Below are positions 36,564-47,536 of a stretch of 64,000 nt of DNA, piece by piece; positions within the stretch are counted from its first letter, which is position 1, and each line of letters starts with the position of its first letter. The notes under the pieces are model-generated. The model saw only the letters and a program-made list of their open reading frames with translations, was not told where the DNA came from and did no database searches. The translations under genes and the position numbers were made by a program. Source of the DNA: Chlorobiota bacterium (GTDB lineage Bacteria > Bacteroidota > Ignavibacteria > Kapaibacteriales > HRBIN21); NCBI GenBank assembly GCA_039630485.1, contig JBCNUX010000001.1, forward strand, positions 17,783 to 81,782. The letters run 5' to 3'.

Positions 36564-38737
36564 TTGGACTCAGGGCGCCGCCGAACGGCTATACGGACGT
36601 CAACGACGGCAACCCCATTGCCTTTCGGATAGACCAGTAGGGGGTTGATGTCCAACTCGTCTACCAGCGGCTGTTCCAGCGATAGCTGGGAAAGGCGGAG
36701 GAGGCAGTCAGCAACGGCGTCAATGTCGGCTGGAGGTTGGCCGCGGATGCCCCGGAGTAGTGAAGCGACACGGGTCTCCTCAATCATCAGGTGAGCACTA
36801 CGCTCACGAAGTGGAGCGATCCGGAACGCAACGTCACGGAAGACCTCAACGTAAATCCCTCCTAGACCGGCCATGATGATAGGTCCAAACTGTGGGTCGC
36901 GCTTGATGCCTAAGATGAGTTCGTGTCCTCGCGCGCCCATCTTCTGGACGATGATCCCCTCAAACCGGGCTTGGGGCGCATTCTGCATGACAGCTTGCTG
37001 GATGTGCCGGAATCCAGCGTGGACAGCCTCTGGAGAGGGCACGTTCAGCAGGACTCCGCCGATGTCGAACTTGTGGATGATGTCTGGCGAGAGCACTTTG
37101 AGTGCAACGGGAAAGCCGAGTTGGGCTGCAACAGCGACGGCTTCTTCTGGCGAACGTGCCGTTGCCCACGGCAGTAGAGGGAACCCATACGCTTCCAGCA
37201 CGCGGAAAGCGATGTCTTCGGCGATGAATCCGTGGGGGGTAGTAGGAGCATTCTCTAAGAGCCGGCGTGCTACGTCATGCTGGACAACATAGGTGCGGTA
37301 ACCGGTAAATGGACGTGTACGCCAACGATGGTATCGCACCATTGCAGCTAAGGCGCGAGCAGCATCTTCAGGGAAGTCATAGCAGGGGATACCGGCTGCT
37401 CGGAGCTTTGTCTTCGCCGGACCAACGTCGATGACACCCATGAAGCAGGTCACGAGTGGCTTAAGGCGCTGGCGGGCTGCCTGCAAGATGACGTCAGCAA
37501 TCTCTTCTGTGTCTGCTGTCGGGATCGGGACGAAGAGTACCAGAAGGGCGTCAAACGCAGGATCATGGAGCAGTGCGTCGAGGACGCAGGCGTATCGCTC
37601 CGAGCGAGCATCAGCGATGAGGTCTATCGGATTGCTTACCCCAGCGTGTTGTGGAAGTTGGCAACGCTCTCGAAACTGTTCCGGTTGAGACAAGGAGGGG
37701 ACTTCCAGCCCATGTTGAATGCAGGTATCGGCTGCCATGATCCCCGGGCCACCAGCATTCGTGACGATAGCCACCCGCGGACCCTTTGGCACGGGCTGGT
37801 GGGCAAAAGCAAGAGCGTACTCGAATAGGTCCTCTACCGTCTCCACACGCAGGACTCCGGCCTGCTTGAAGAGGGCCTGGTAGACCTCGTCGCTACCAGC
37901 AAGGGAGCCTGTGTGCGAGGCAACGGCTCGGGCACCGGCAATCGTCCGCCCAGCCTTCAGGGCCAAGATGGGCTTGGGGTTATCGGTATCGCTCGTAATC
38001 CGGTGGGCTAACTCTAGGAAGCGGCGGCCATCGGAGAGTTCTTCGATGTAGAGCAGGATGACCTTTGTCTGCGGATCCTGCCAAAGGTAGGCTAAGAAGT
38101 CTACCTCTGTTGCTCCAGCTTTATTGCCGAGGCTGATGACCTTACTCAGTCCGATGTTCTGGGCACGAGTGTAGTCTAAGACGGCAGCACATAGAGCTCC
38201 GCTTTGGCTGATGAAGCCGATCCTTCCTTCTTGTGCCATTGCCTGTCCAAAGGTGGCATTGAGGCGGACTGTGGGATCCGTGTTCATGGCTCCTAAGCAA
38301 TTCGGGCCAAGGAGGGCTATACCGTACTGCCGGCTCAGGTCGCGGATGAGAGCCTCACGTCGGGCTCCTTCAGGACCGATTTCTTTGAAGCCAGCACTCA
38401 GCACAATGGCGGCTCGCACTCCCTGCCGCCCGCATGCATCTAGGACTTCGGGGACTGTGGGGGCAGGTACTGCGATAATGGCTAACTCTACCCTCTCGGG
38501 AACAGCCTCTATGCTGGGATATGCCCGAACACCCCGCACAGCATGGGCATGGGGATTCACGGGGTAGACGACCCCCGTGTATCCGCAGCTCAGGAGGTTA
38601 TCCAAGATCAGCCATCCGACGGTGTGGGGTTGACGAGAGGCCCCAATGACAGCAATGGAGCGTGGCTCTAGGAGCGGACGGACATCGATGAGGGGACCCA
38701 AATCTTCTAACAGCGCCATGGAGGGGGAATCCATCAT
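36560..38737 (-). CDS. acetate--CoA ligase (ADP-forming), fused alpha/beta subunits
   Basis: CoA-binding Rossmann region (IAVIGAS), a succinyl-CoA-synthetase-like flavodoxin domain, and a C-terminal ATP-grasp; 725 aa. Confidence 0.8.
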   Translation of the reverse strand: MMDSPSMALLEDLGPLIDVRPLLEPRSIAVIGASRQPHTVGWLILDNLLSCGYTGVVYPVNPHAHAVRGVRAYPSIEAVPERVELAIIAVPAPTVPEVLDACGRQGVRAAIVLSAGFKEIGPEGARREALIRDLSRQYGIALLGPNCLGAMNTDPTVRLNATFGQAMAQEGRIGFISQSGALCAAVLDYTRAQNIGLSKVISLGNKAGATEVDFLAYLWQDPQTKVILLYIEELSDGRRFLELAHRITSDTDNPKPILALKAGRTIAGARAVASHTGSLAGSDEVYQALFKQAGVLRVETVEDLFEYALAFAHQPVPKGPRVAIVTNAGGPGIMAADTCIQHGLEVPSLSQPEQFRERCQLPQHAGVSNPIDLIADARSERYACVLDALLHDPAFDALLVLFVPIPTADTEEIADVILQAARQRLKPLVTCFMGVIDVGPAKTKLRAAGIPCYDFPEDAARALAAMVRYHRWRTRPFTGYRTYVVQHDVARRLLENAPTTPHGFIAEDIAFRVLEAYGFPLLPWATARSPEEAVAVAAQLGFPVALKVLSPDIIHKFDIGGVLLNVPSPEAVHAGFRHIQQAVMQNAPQARFEGIIVQKMGARGHELILGIKRDPQFGPIIMAGLGGIYVEVFRDVAFRIAPLRERSAHLMIEETRVASLLRGIRGQPPADIDAVADCLLRLSQLSLEQPLVDELDINPLLVYPKGNGVAVVDVRIAVRRRPESK

Positions 38738-38745
38738 GCAACTGT

Positions 38746-39627
38746 CTATCCTGTTCCGCGGAGTGCTTCAGCTCCGCTGGTGATCTCTACCATCTCCTTC
38801 GTGATTGCTGCTTGCCGTTCTTTGTTGTACTGGAGCTGAAGATGGCGGATCAGCTCGTGGGCATTGGAGGTTGCGTTCTCCATGGCAATCATCCGGGCGG
38901 CATGCTCGGCTGCGGAGGAGTCCAGCAGAATCCGCCAGAGCTGGGTTTGGATAGAGAGTGGAAGAAGCGCCGTCAAGATGTCTGCTTGGGAGGGCTCGTA
39001 GATGTACTCTCGGCGTGGGGGTTCCATCTGCGCTGGTGGGGTAATCGGCAAAAGGAGCTCGTGGCGTACTTCTTGCCGTAGGATGGAGCGGAACTCATTG
39101 TAGAGGACCTCTACTCGGTCATAGCGTCCTGCCATATAGGCATCCATGCAGAACTGCGCTATTTCCTGAGCCGTCTCGTACCGTAGGGGTGAAAAGGCAT
39201 CCGGTTTCTCGTAAGCGATAGGTTCGCTAGCGCGCTTGCGGAAGAACGAGATCCCGCGCCGCCCGATGGCGGCTATCTGCACAGTCGCTTTGGGGAAATC
39301 GCGCCGTAGAGCTTCCAAGCGCTGGAGCGCTGCCCGGAGGACGTTGTTGTTGAAACTCCCACATAGCCCGCGGTCGGCTGTGACGACCACCAGCAGGACG
39401 GAGCGTATCTCCTTTCGTGCTTCGAAGAAGGGATGGAGGAAATCGCGGGTTGTCCCAGACAAGTGCCAGAGGATTTCCGTGAGCTTGCGGGCATACGGCC
39501 GAGCTGCCCAAATGGCTTCTTGGGCCCGTCGCAGCTTGGCTGCGGAGACCATGCGCATGGCTGCAGTAATCTTCGCTGTGTTTCGCACTGCCTGGATTCG
39601 TCGCCGGATGTCTCGTAACGTCGCCAT
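38746..39627 (-). CDS. atpG: F1Fo ATP synthase subunit gamma
   Basis: MATLRDIRRRIQAVRNTAKITAAMRMVSAAKLRRAQ. Confidence 0.9.
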   Translation of the reverse strand: MATLRDIRRRIQAVRNTAKITAAMRMVSAAKLRRAQEAIWAARPYARKLTEILWHLSGTTRDFLHPFFEARKEIRSVLLVVVTADRGLCGSFNNNVLRAALQRLEALRRDFPKATVQIAAIGRRGISFFRKRASEPIAYEKPDAFSPLRYETAQEIAQFCMDAYMAGRYDRVEVLYNEFRSILRQEVRHELLLPITPPAQMEPPRREYIYEPSQADILTALLPLSIQTQLWRILLDSSAAEHAARMIAMENATSNAHELIRHLQLQYNKERQAAITKEMVEITSGAEALRGTG

Positions 39628-39639
39628 GCTTGCGTGGTC

Positions 39640-40599
39640 CTACAAGTACAACTGTCCGGGGAGGAGATACTCCTGCACGTATTCCATCACCCCTTCCTCC
39701 AGTGACCGGAAGGAGTGAACAACCCCGCTGGCCTGCAATTTGCTAAGATCGGCTTGGGTGAAGTTCTGATACTGGGGACGCAGCTCAGCGGGCATCTCTA
39801 TGTATTCAATCTGCACGGGTTTGCCTAGGGCAGCAAATAGTGCACGGACGAGCTCGTTCCAGCTTCGAGCCTGTCCAGTACCGACGTTGTAGAGACCCAC
39901 GAGCTTTGGCTGTGTCAAGAGCTTCCATAGCACTGCGACGACGTCCTTGACGTACGTGAAGTCTCGCTTCTGTTCACCGTCGGCGTACCGCGAGTCGGTA
40001 GATTTGAAGAGCTGCATTTTGCCCGTCTGCTGGATTTTGCGGAAACCATGCCAAACCATGCTCGCCATCGGCCCCTTGTGGTACTCGTTGGGACCGTAGA
40101 CGTTGAAGAGCTTCACTCCGACGGCATGCTCTAGAATCCCTTCCGCTGCTGCCCAGCAGTCAAAAAGGTGCTTGGAAAACCCGTACGGGCTGAGTGGGCG
40201 GAGAGCCCAGAGCCGAGATTCCTGGAACCCCTGCTCACCTGCACCGTACGTTGCCGCACTACTGGCGTAAATGAAGCGAATGCCTCGTTCGACCGCATAG
40301 CGCGCGAGGACCTTGCTGTACTCGTAGTTATCGGTCAGCAGAGCAGCGATGTTAGAATCCGTCGTGTTGGTACGGGCTCCCAGATGGACAATGGCCTCTA
40401 GTGTACCTAGCTCGTTCCGTAGTAGGCGGGGTAGGAGGTCATCCCTGTGGATGAACTCGCGGAAGCGCTTGCCGACCAAGTTCCTCCACTTTTCGCCGCT
40501 GAGGCGATCTACGACGATGACATCGAAGATCCCTTCTTGGTTCAGCTTCCAGAGGAAGCAACTACCGATGAAGCCGGCACCGCCGGTGAGTAGAATCAT
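39640..40599 (-). CDS. hldD: ADP-L-glycero-D-manno-heptose 6-epimerase
   Basis: MILLTGGAGFIGS NAD-binding motif, the catalytic YxxxK (YGFSK), and C-terminal similarity to the RfaD family. Confidence 0.85.
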   Translation of the reverse strand: MILLTGGAGFIGSCFLWKLNQEGIFDVIVVDRLSGEKWRNLVGKRFREFIHRDDLLPRLLRNELGTLEAIVHLGARTNTTDSNIAALLTDNYEYSKVLARYAVERGIRFIYASSAATYGAGEQGFQESRLWALRPLSPYGFSKHLFDCWAAAEGILEHAVGVKLFNVYGPNEYHKGPMASMVWHGFRKIQQTGKMQLFKSTDSRYADGEQKRDFTYVKDVVAVLWKLLTQPKLVGLYNVGTGQARSWNELVRALFAALGKPVQIEYIEMPAELRPQYQNFTQADLSKLQASGVVHSFRSLEEGVMEYVQEYLLPGQLYL

Positions 40600-40605
40600 G
40601 CTATG

Positions 40606-42168
40606 CTACGAGAGCCTGTGGCGTTGCCGGAATTCGGCGCTGAAGTGCTGTAGGGCTTCGTCCAGCCGCTGAGAGATCTCTGGTGTGAGGTCCTGTGTGT
40701 CCAGGATGGCTTCTAAGATGGAGCGTTGGTGGAAGGTACGGAGGTACTCCAGAAACTCCCGTTCGAAGGCTGCAACCAGCTCTAGCGGGAGCTCGTCGAG
40801 CCAGCCGTTCGTGGCGGCGTATAGGATGGCAATCTGCTCCTCAACAGGCATTGGTGAGTACTGGGGTTGCTTGAGGATCTCCACTAGCCGGGCTCCACGG
40901 CGGAGCTGGCGTTGGGTCGTTGGGTCTAAGTCTGAGCCGAACTTGGCAAAGGCCTCCAGTTCACGGTACATCGCGAGCTCTATCTTCAGCGGCCCGGCAA
41001 CGCGCTTCATCGCTTTGATTTGGGCGTTGCCACCGACGCGGGAGACAGAGATCCCGATGTTCATCGCGGGGCGAATCCCGGCGTTGAAGAGTCCGGTTTC
41101 CAAATAGATCTGCCCGTCAGTGATGGAGATGACGTTCGTAGGAATGTAAGCAGCTACATCCCCAGCCTGGGTCTCAATGATCGGTAAGGCCGTTAACGAA
41201 CCTCCACCGAGCTCATCGCTGAGCTTCGCTGCACGCTCCAGCAGACGGCTGTGGACGTAGAAGATGTCTCCCGGGTATGCTTCCCGTCCTGGCGGACGGC
41301 GGAGCAGAAGGGAGACTTGCCGGTAGGCTGCAGCCTGTTTGGAGAGATCGTCGTAGACAATCAGCGCATGGCGTCCTGTATCTCGGAAGTACTCGCCCAT
41401 GGAAGCACCGCAGTACGGTGCTATGTACTGCAGCGGGGCAGGGTCAGAGGCGTTAGCAGCTACAACGATCGTATAGTCCATGGCCCCGTATTCCCGTAGC
41501 GTCGCCACGACGTTTGCGACGGTGGAAGCTTTCTGTCCAATTGCGACGTAGATGCAGTAGACGGGCTTAATCCCGCGGCGACGGGCTTCCTCGGTGTGGG
41601 TGTACTTCTGGTTGATGATGGTATCGATGGCGATAGCCGTCTTCCCAGTCTGGCGGTCGCCGATGATGAGCTCGCGCTGTCCTCGTCCAATCGGGATGAG
41701 GGCATCGATGGCTTTGATACCAGTCTGGAGTGGTTCCTTGACGGGCTGCCGGTAGATGACGCCAATGGCCTTTCGTTCGATCGGCAAATACTGCTTGGCG
41801 TTGATAGGGCCCTTACCGTCCAAAGGGACCCCCAATGGATTGACGACGCGGCCCAACAGTTCTTCGCCTACGGGAACAGAGGCCACGCGGCCGGTGCGGC
41901 GGACCACATCGCCCTCCTTTACCAGGCGATCGTCACCAAAGAGGATGACTCCGACGTGGTCCTCTTCCAGATTGAGGACCATGCCCACGACCCCGTTAGG
42001 GAACTCAACGAGCTCAGACATCATCGCCTGGCGTAGGCCGTAAACGCGGGCCACTCCATCGCCGACCTGAAGGACGGTGCCCACATCGTAGATGTCAACT
42101 TCACGCTCAAATCCAGCCAGTTGGCGCCGAAGGATCGTCGAGATCTCTTCCGGTCGGAGCTCGATCAT
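40606..42168 (-). CDS. atpA: F1Fo ATP synthase subunit alpha
   Basis: [20 protein letters not shown]-loop, 520 aa. Confidence 0.95.
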   Translation of the reverse strand: MIELRPEEISTILRRQLAGFEREVDIYDVGTVLQVGDGVARVYGLRQAMMSELVEFPNGVVGMVLNLEEDHVGVILFGDDRLVKEGDVVRRTGRVASVPVGEELLGRVVNPLGVPLDGKGPINAKQYLPIERKAIGVIYRQPVKEPLQTGIKAIDALIPIGRGQRELIIGDRQTGKTAIAIDTIINQKYTHTEEARRRGIKPVYCIYVAIGQKASTVANVVATLREYGAMDYTIVVAANASDPAPLQYIAPYCGASMGEYFRDTGRHALIVYDDLSKQAAAYRQVSLLLRRPPGREAYPGDIFYVHSRLLERAAKLSDELGGGSLTALPIIETQAGDVAAYIPTNVISITDGQIYLETGLFNAGIRPAMNIGISVSRVGGNAQIKAMKRVAGPLKIELAMYRELEAFAKFGSDLDPTTQRQLRRGARLVEILKQPQYSPMPVEEQIAILYAATNGWLDELPLELVAAFEREFLEYLRTFHQRSILEAILDTQDLTPEISQRLDEALQHFSAEFRQRHRLS

Positions 42169-42764
42169 GGCTTGTGATCCGTTAGGGGACTTGTCTCGCC
42201 GTTTGAGTGGAGCCAGCGTGTGGGGGCTTTCTGGTGTAGGTCGCGGCGGAGGCGCTCCAGGGTGTGGAGGAGAGAGCCATCAATGACGGTGTCCCCAATC
42301 CGGAGCTGCACCCCTCCGATGAGGGTAGGATCTACGGCGAAGGTCGGGACAATCGTTTTTCCAGTACGCTCCTGTAAGGCTTCGACGAGCCGGTTCTGGA
42401 GCGATACCTCCAGCGGGATAGCGGAGCGGACTGTGACCGCTAGGCGGTCGGTGTACTGGAAGTAGAGCTCCTCGTAAGCAGTGATGATTTCCGGCAGCAG
42501 TGCCTCACGCCGCTTGTCGACGAGCAGCAACAGGAACTGCAGCAGCAAGTGTGTCAGCCGTTCGCCAAAGAGCTCCGTTACCACAGCCCGTTTCCGCTCC
42601 GCTCGGATGATGGGGTTCCGTAGGAAGGCTCGTAGCTCCGAGGAGCGCCGTATGAGATCCCGCAACCAGCAGAGCTCGTCGTAGACCTGAGCATGGAGGG
42701 AGCCTTCCTGCGCTAACCTTAGGAGTGCTGTAGCATACCGACGCGCAATCCGCAGGGGCGACAT
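42165..42764 (-). CDS. atpH: F1Fo ATP synthase subunit delta (OSCP)
   Basis: [20 protein letters not shown] aligns with the OSCP N-terminus. Start set at the internal Met; the track alternative is 42791. Confidence 0.85.
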   Translation of the reverse strand: MSPLRIARRYATALLRLAQEGSLHAQVYDELCWLRDLIRRSSELRAFLRNPIIRAERKRAVVTELFGERLTHLLLQFLLLLVDKRREALLPEIITAYEELYFQYTDRLAVTVRSAIPLEVSLQNRLVEALQERTGKTIVPTFAVDPTLIGGVQLRIGDTVIDGSLLHTLERLRRDLHQKAPTRWLHSNGETSPLTDHKP

Positions 42765-42774
42765 CCCACTCGGC

Positions 42775-43272
42775 TCAGTTCTGCCGTGCAACCTCGTTGA
42801 CGAAGGATTCTACCAGCTTTCGGTGGGCTTCCGGATCGAGCGTCTGTTGGAGCAGACGGGCTGTGCCCTCTATCACTAGGTTGACAACATCGGCGTAGAG
42901 CTGGGCATAGGCACGCTCCAGCTGGCGTTGGATTTCCAGCTGAGTCTCCTCCAGCTTCTGCCGCTTCAGTTGTTCAGCACGCTCGCTGGCTTCTCGCAGG
43001 AGAGCTTCCGCCTGTTGTTTGCCCTCGCGGAGTAGGCGATGGACCTCCTGCTGTGCTTCCTGGAGGCGCTGGTGAGCCTCTTGGAGGAGTCGCTCAGCCT
43101 CTCGGCGTGCGGTCTCAGCGCTACTGAGCGCTTCTGCAATCGTGCGCTCGCGCTGCTCTACGGCATTCAAGATGGGCTTCCATGCAAAACGTGCTAGCAG
43201 CACCAGGAAGATGCCGAAATTGAGGAGAGTCCAGAACATCAAGCCGGGAGAGACCTCCAGGAAGTTGGGCAT
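42775..43272 (-). CDS. atpF: F1Fo ATP synthase subunit b
   Basis: N-terminal TM helix followed by a long charged coiled-coil. Confidence 0.85.
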   Translation of the reverse strand: MPNFLEVSPGLMFWTLLNFGIFLVLLARFAWKPILNAVEQRERTIAEALSSAETARREAERLLQEAHQRLQEAQQEVHRLLREGKQQAEALLREASERAEQLKRQKLEETQLEIQRQLERAYAQLYADVVNLVIEGTARLLQQTLDPEAHRKLVESFVNEVARQN

Positions 43273-43296
43273 GGTGCTCTCTCTTGGGATGGGACA

Positions 43297-43527
43297 CTAT
43301 GCAGTCTTGACAGCCAACAGGATGCAGACGATGCAGGCGATGAGGGCAATTCCCTCGATGAGGGCAGCTGCAATCAGCATCAGTGTCCGCGTCTCAGCGG
43401 CTGTCTCTGGTTGGCGGCTGGCGGCTTCCAGAGCTGCTGCGCCCAGACGCCCAATGCCGGTACCTGCTCCCAAGACACTGATGCCAACACCAATGCCTGC
43501 AGCTAACCACGCCAGTCCTAGCTCCAT
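43297..43527 (-). CDS. atpE: F1Fo ATP synthase subunit c
   Basis: 76-aa hairpin with the GxGxGxG helix and the ion-binding Glu in LIEGIALI. Confidence 0.9.
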   Translation of the reverse strand: MELGLAWLAAGIGVGISVLGAGTGIGRLGAAALEAASRQPETAAETRTLMLIAAALIEGIALIACIVCILLAVKTA

Positions 43528-43604
43528 GGCACGTCACTCCGTTATGTTGTTACACCATCTCACCCTGCCATCCCTCACGGGAGGGAGGCTGAATAGTGCC
43601 AACG

Positions 43605-44528
43605 TCAGTGGCTCTCCTCGGTCGCTAAGCCGAGGAAGACCGCAGTGAGAATTGTGAAGATGTAGGCCTGTAGGAAGGCCACCAGGGTTTCTAGGAAGTA
43701 CACGAATACCGAGAAAGCAACGGACACCGGTGCAATGAGCACGGTGCCGAAGAAGAAGATGAGCCCCACGAGGGCTAGCAGAGCGATATGCCCTGCTGTC
43801 ATATTCGCGAACAATCGGACGCAGAGGGCGAAGGCCTTAGCGAACATTCCGATGACCTCGATCGGCACCAGGATTGGGCTCAGCCACAGAGGACCGCCGC
43901 CGAGGAGGTGGCGGAGCCAGCGCTTAAGCCCAATTGTGGCGATCGCTCCACCGTTGATGACGAGGAAGGCTGTCAGCGCAAGCGCTCCCGTAACCGCTAA
44001 GGAGCCTGTGGCCGTGTGCCCACCAGGTAGCAGCCCTAGCAGGTTGAGCACGAGGATGAAGAAGAAGAGCGTCAGGAAGTACGGCAACAGGCGTTGGGCA
44101 AGATGGTGGGCAGGGATATTCGGTCGGACGACTTCGTCCCGAATGAAGAGCACGATAGCCTCTATGGCGTTCTGCAGGCCGCGCGGGGGCTGCAGCGGTG
44201 CCTTGCGGTAACGGCTCACGGTGCGCCACAAGAGCCACCCGAGGAGCAGCATCCCCAGCCACTGGTATACGACCAAGTTCGTGATGGAGAGGTCTAAGGC
44301 TGGCTTTGCTCCGTCGAGCGTCCGCACGGGATGCCCCATAACCATGCGGTATTTGCCAGCCGCCTCCATCTCTGAAGGCGATCGGTAGACATGGAGTTGG
44401 CCGTCGTCCCACAGGATGATGGGGAGGCTGAGTACCTTGTAGGGGCCAATGTAGAACCCGTGGTGGTCGCCCAGCTTCCCTAAGAGCTGGGTGAAGACAT
44501 TGCCGTCTCCGGTCGGCGTAGCGCTCAT
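43605..44528 (-). CDS. atpB: F1Fo ATP synthase subunit a
   Basis: Conserved Arg helix RLFANMTAGH. Confidence 0.9.
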   Translation of the reverse strand: MSATPTGDGNVFTQLLGKLGDHHGFYIGPYKVLSLPIILWDDGQLHVYRSPSEMEAAGKYRMVMGHPVRTLDGAKPALDLSITNLVVYQWLGMLLLGWLLWRTVSRYRKAPLQPPRGLQNAIEAIVLFIRDEVVRPNIPAHHLAQRLLPYFLTLFFFILVLNLLGLLPGGHTATGSLAVTGALALTAFLVINGGAIATIGLKRWLRHLLGGGPLWLSPILVPIEVIGMFAKAFALCVRLFANMTAGHIALLALVGLIFFFGTVLIAPVSVAFSVFVYFLETLVAFLQAYIFTILTAVFLGLATEESH

Positions 44529-44537
44529 TCTCAGGGC

Positions 44538-44855
44538 TTACGGTGTTGTGAGCGGGCGGAGACGAAAGGTCTCGTACCGTCGGTGGAAGTCTACGATTTC
44601 TGCAGTCAGTAGCACGGCTACCCCCACAGAGAACGACAGGGCAAACCCGAGCGGGTGGACCTTCTCGACGGCTAACAGGTAGCCTGCTGCAGCACTAGTC
44701 GCCAAGAGCCGAACTACCATCCCACCGAGCACCCAACGGAGGAAGAGCTGTAGCGATTTCCGGAAGGCCCAGCGAGCAGTGAGGTAGGAGAGCAGGAAGT
44801 TAGCACTGCATAAGCCTACTCCCCACACGACGCCAGTTAAGGCTTCAGAGCTCAT
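44538..44855 (-). CDS. atpI: ATP synthase protein I-like small membrane protein
   Basis: Located immediately upstream of atpB, with hydrophobic helices in a 105-aa protein. Start trimmed to MSSEALTG, giving a 4-nt overlap with the upstream gene. Confidence 0.5.
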   Translation of the reverse strand: MSSEALTGVVWGVGLCSANFLLSYLTARWAFRKSLQLFLRWVLGGMVVRLLATSAAAGYLLAVEKVHPLGFALSFSVGVAVLLTAEIVDFHRRYETFRLRPLTTP

Positions 44856-45157
44856 GGGTGATGTCCCTCCGACGAAGCGTTGAGTTTGCGAACCACTTTC
44901 CATATCTCTCGGAGAGCGACTGCACACCCAACAGTCAACCCGCTCAGTAGCCCAATAGGTGAGCTGTGGAGGTGCTGGTCAATCCACCAGCCCAGGAGTC
45001 CACAGCCTCCAAAGGCTACGGCGATAGTCATGCCGAGGTTGGCATATGCCGCCAGTTCCTTCCACGCAGAACTGCGAGGGGCTATGCGTGGTTGTGCAGA
45101 AGCGCTCACTGACGAAGAGGCTAGCGTGTTACATGAGTAGCACACAAAATTAGCCAT
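44852..45157 (-). CDS. AtpZ/AtpI-family small membrane protein
   Basis: WKELAAYANLGMTIAVAFGGCGLLGWWIDQHL...LLSGLTVGCAVALREIWKVV resembles the AtpZ family. It sits at the head of the atp operon. The start is uncertain. Confidence 0.45.
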   Translation of the reverse strand: MANFVCYSCNTLASSSVSASAQPRIAPRSSAWKELAAYANLGMTIAVAFGGCGLLGWWIDQHLHSSPIGLLSGLTVGCAVALREIWKVVRKLNASSEGHHP

Positions 45158-45240
45158 TTGGCCCTGGATACTTCCCAGGCGTACACGAGGGTCGCCTCGT
45201 TGTGCGTTTCTACGGCCATAGCTGGGGGCGTACTTGGGGT

Positions 45241-45969
45241 ATGGTAGCACCGCTTGCGGAGACTCTGCGGCGACAGGGAGAGTGGCTGTTCCGCAACCGT
45301 AGCTGGGTACCTCTGTTGCTGCTACCGATAGTTGTTACAGCAATCTTCCAGGGGCCAGTTCCGGACTTTGTGGATTCCCTCTGGTGGCAGTTGGTCTGCT
45401 GGGCGTGGATCGCTGCAGGACTGGTTTTGCGTGGATGGGTAGTCGGGCAGGTTCCCGAGGGAACTTCTGGCCGCAACACTCGAGAACAAATCGCTGAGCA
45501 GCTCAACACAACGGGGCCATATTCGCTTGTGCGCCATCCACTGTATGTTGCCAATGCCTTTCTCTGGTCAGGGATACTACTCCGTCCTGGTATCTGGTGG
45601 CTGTGGCTGGTAGGCATGGGGTGGTTTGTTGTGGTCTACGAGCGCATCATGTTGGCAGAGGAGGCGTTCCTGTTGCAGCGATTTGGAGACTCCTTCCAGC
45701 AGTGGGCTGCCCAAACTCCAGCTGTACTCTTGCACGCTGGGATGTATCGTCCCTCTGCACGGGCATTCCAGTGGAAGAAGCTTGTGTTCCAAGAATACTC
45801 CACGTGGTTGGCAGTGTTGGCCAGCTATACCCTGCTGGAGGGAATGCTCACGTGGCGCCAGACGGGAGATGTAGAGCTACCGGAACTTTGGGGAAGTATC
45901 CTCGGTATTGCTGTCTGCGGAGCGTTGTTGGTACGGTTGCTCAAGCGATATTCGGCTTGGCGGAGCTAA
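45241..45969 (+). CDS. isoprenylcysteine carboxyl methyltransferase (ICMT)/PEMT-family membrane methyltransferase
   Basis: RHPLYVANAF SAM-binding motif and multiple TM helices. Start moved to the Met at MVAPLAETL to avoid overlap with atpZ on the other strand. Confidence 0.6.
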   Translation: MVAPLAETLRRQGEWLFRNRSWVPLLLLPIVVTAIFQGPVPDFVDSLWWQLVCWAWIAAGLVLRGWVVGQVPEGTSGRNTREQIAEQLNTTGPYSLVRHPLYVANAFLWSGILLRPGIWWLWLVGMGWFVVVYERIMLAEEAFLLQRFGDSFQQWAAQTPAVLLHAGMYRPSARAFQWKKLVFQEYSTWLAVLASYTLLEGMLTWRQTGDVELPELWGSILGIAVCGALLVRLLKRYSAWRS

Positions 45970-46171
45970 AGGCAATGTTGGCAGCGATGGTACGTCTATG
46001 GTAGCAGCCTTGGAGCGGGGCGGTGGACAGAGAAGTCTGCGGCGCCAGCGCGCTCTACTCCTTTCGGACTCATTCTCCCTCGAGGTTTTGGCGTAGGTGG
46101 GCTGGGTACGTGTGAGGTAGGCTAAGCCTAGGCCAGTACTCGCGTAAGTTGATTTAGTTGGGACGCAATCC

Positions 46172-47524
46172 ATGGAACAGCAGGACCGCATGAACGGACC
46201 CGCTGCAGGTATCCCCTCCCTCTTCGATGTAGAGACCTTGCAGAGCCGGAAGATCGCGGAGCTCTTTGAAATCGCCCGGGCGCTCGGTATCCCGAACTAC
46301 GCTGACATGCGAAAGCAGGAGCTCATCTTTCGAATCATGGAAGCTCAAGGACAGATGCTGCGGGAGCAGCAAGCGCGAGCGCCAGAGGCGGAGGTTGGGG
46401 GGACCCCAGTTGAAGGCGTTCTGGAGATTGTCCCTGAAGGAAACCACGGCTTCCTGCGCTCTTCGGACTCCAGCTATCTGCCGTCCCCTGATGATGTCTA
46501 CGTTTCGCTGTCTCAGATCAAGCGCTTCGGGCTGCGTACTGGGGATACGATTCGTGGGTACGTGCGTCCACCAAGGGAAGGGGAGCGCTACTTCGCCCTG
46601 CTGAAGATAGAGTCAGTGAACTACCTCCCACCGGAGGCTGTCAAGGAGCGCCCCCTCTTCGAGGACCTCACACCAGTGTATCCGACGGAACGCTTTCGGC
46701 TGGAGACGGTTCCCAACGAGCACTCAACTCGCATCATTGACCTGCTGTGTCCGATAGGGAAGGGACAGCGTGGATTGATTGTAGCACCGCCAAAGTCTGG
46801 GAAGACAATTCTGCTACAGCAGATAGCTAACGCCATCAGCCGCAATCACCCCGAGGTGAAGCTCATCATCCTCCTGATTGACGAGCGTCCGGAGGAGGTC
46901 ACCGATATGCAGCGTTCGGTTCGGGGTGCAGAGGTCATCTCTTCCACGTTTGACGAGCCTCCGGAGCGGCATGTACAGGTGGCAGATATCGTACTGGAGA
47001 AGGCGAAGCGCCTGGTGGAGTGTAAGCATGATGTCGTCATCCTCCTGGATTCCATCACCAGGCTAGCGCGGGCCAACAACACTGTTATCCCGCATTCAGG
47101 CAAGATTCTCTCTGGAGGAGTGGATGCGAATGCTCTGCATCGTCCGAAGCGCTTCTTTGGTGCTGCTCGCAAGGTTGAGGAGGGAGGCTCGCTGACTGTG
47201 ATTGCTACAGCACTGATCGAGACGGGGAGCCGGATGGATGAGGTCATTTTCGAGGAGTTCAAGGGCACGGGGAACATGGAGCTGGTGTTAGACCGCAAGC
47301 TAGCGGAGCGGCGTATCTTCCCAGCAATTGACATCAATCGCTCGGGGACTCGTCGGGAGGAGCTGCTGCTGACCCCGGAGGAGCTCAATAGGGTCTGGAT
47401 CCTCCGCAAAGTCCTCAGCGAGCTTCCCCCTGTGGAGGCGATGGAGTTGCTACTGGAACACATGCGGCGGACGCGCAACAACCGCGAATTCCTGGCAACG
47501 CTCAACACGCTGACGACGCAATAA
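46172..47524 (+). CDS. rho: transcription termination factor Rho
   Basis: N-terminal RNA-binding domain, [21 protein letters not shown]-loop, and Q- and R-loop motifs; 450 aa. Confidence 0.95.
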   Translation: MEQQDRMNGPAAGIPSLFDVETLQSRKIAELFEIARALGIPNYADMRKQELIFRIMEAQGQMLREQQARAPEAEVGGTPVEGVLEIVPEGNHGFLRSSDSSYLPSPDDVYVSLSQIKRFGLRTGDTIRGYVRPPREGERYFALLKIESVNYLPPEAVKERPLFEDLTPVYPTERFRLETVPNEHSTRIIDLLCPIGKGQRGLIVAPPKSGKTILLQQIANAISRNHPEVKLIILLIDERPEEVTDMQRSVRGAEVISSTFDEPPERHVQVADIVLEKAKRLVECKHDVVILLDSITRLARANNTVIPHSGKILSGGVDANALHRPKRFFGAARKVEEGGSLTVIATALIETGSRMDEVIFEEFKGTGNMELVLDRKLAERRIFPAIDINRSGTRREELLLTPEELNRVWILRKVLSELPPVEAMELLLEHMRRTRNNREFLATLNTLTTQ

Positions 47525-47536
47525 CGCTCCCGAGGG

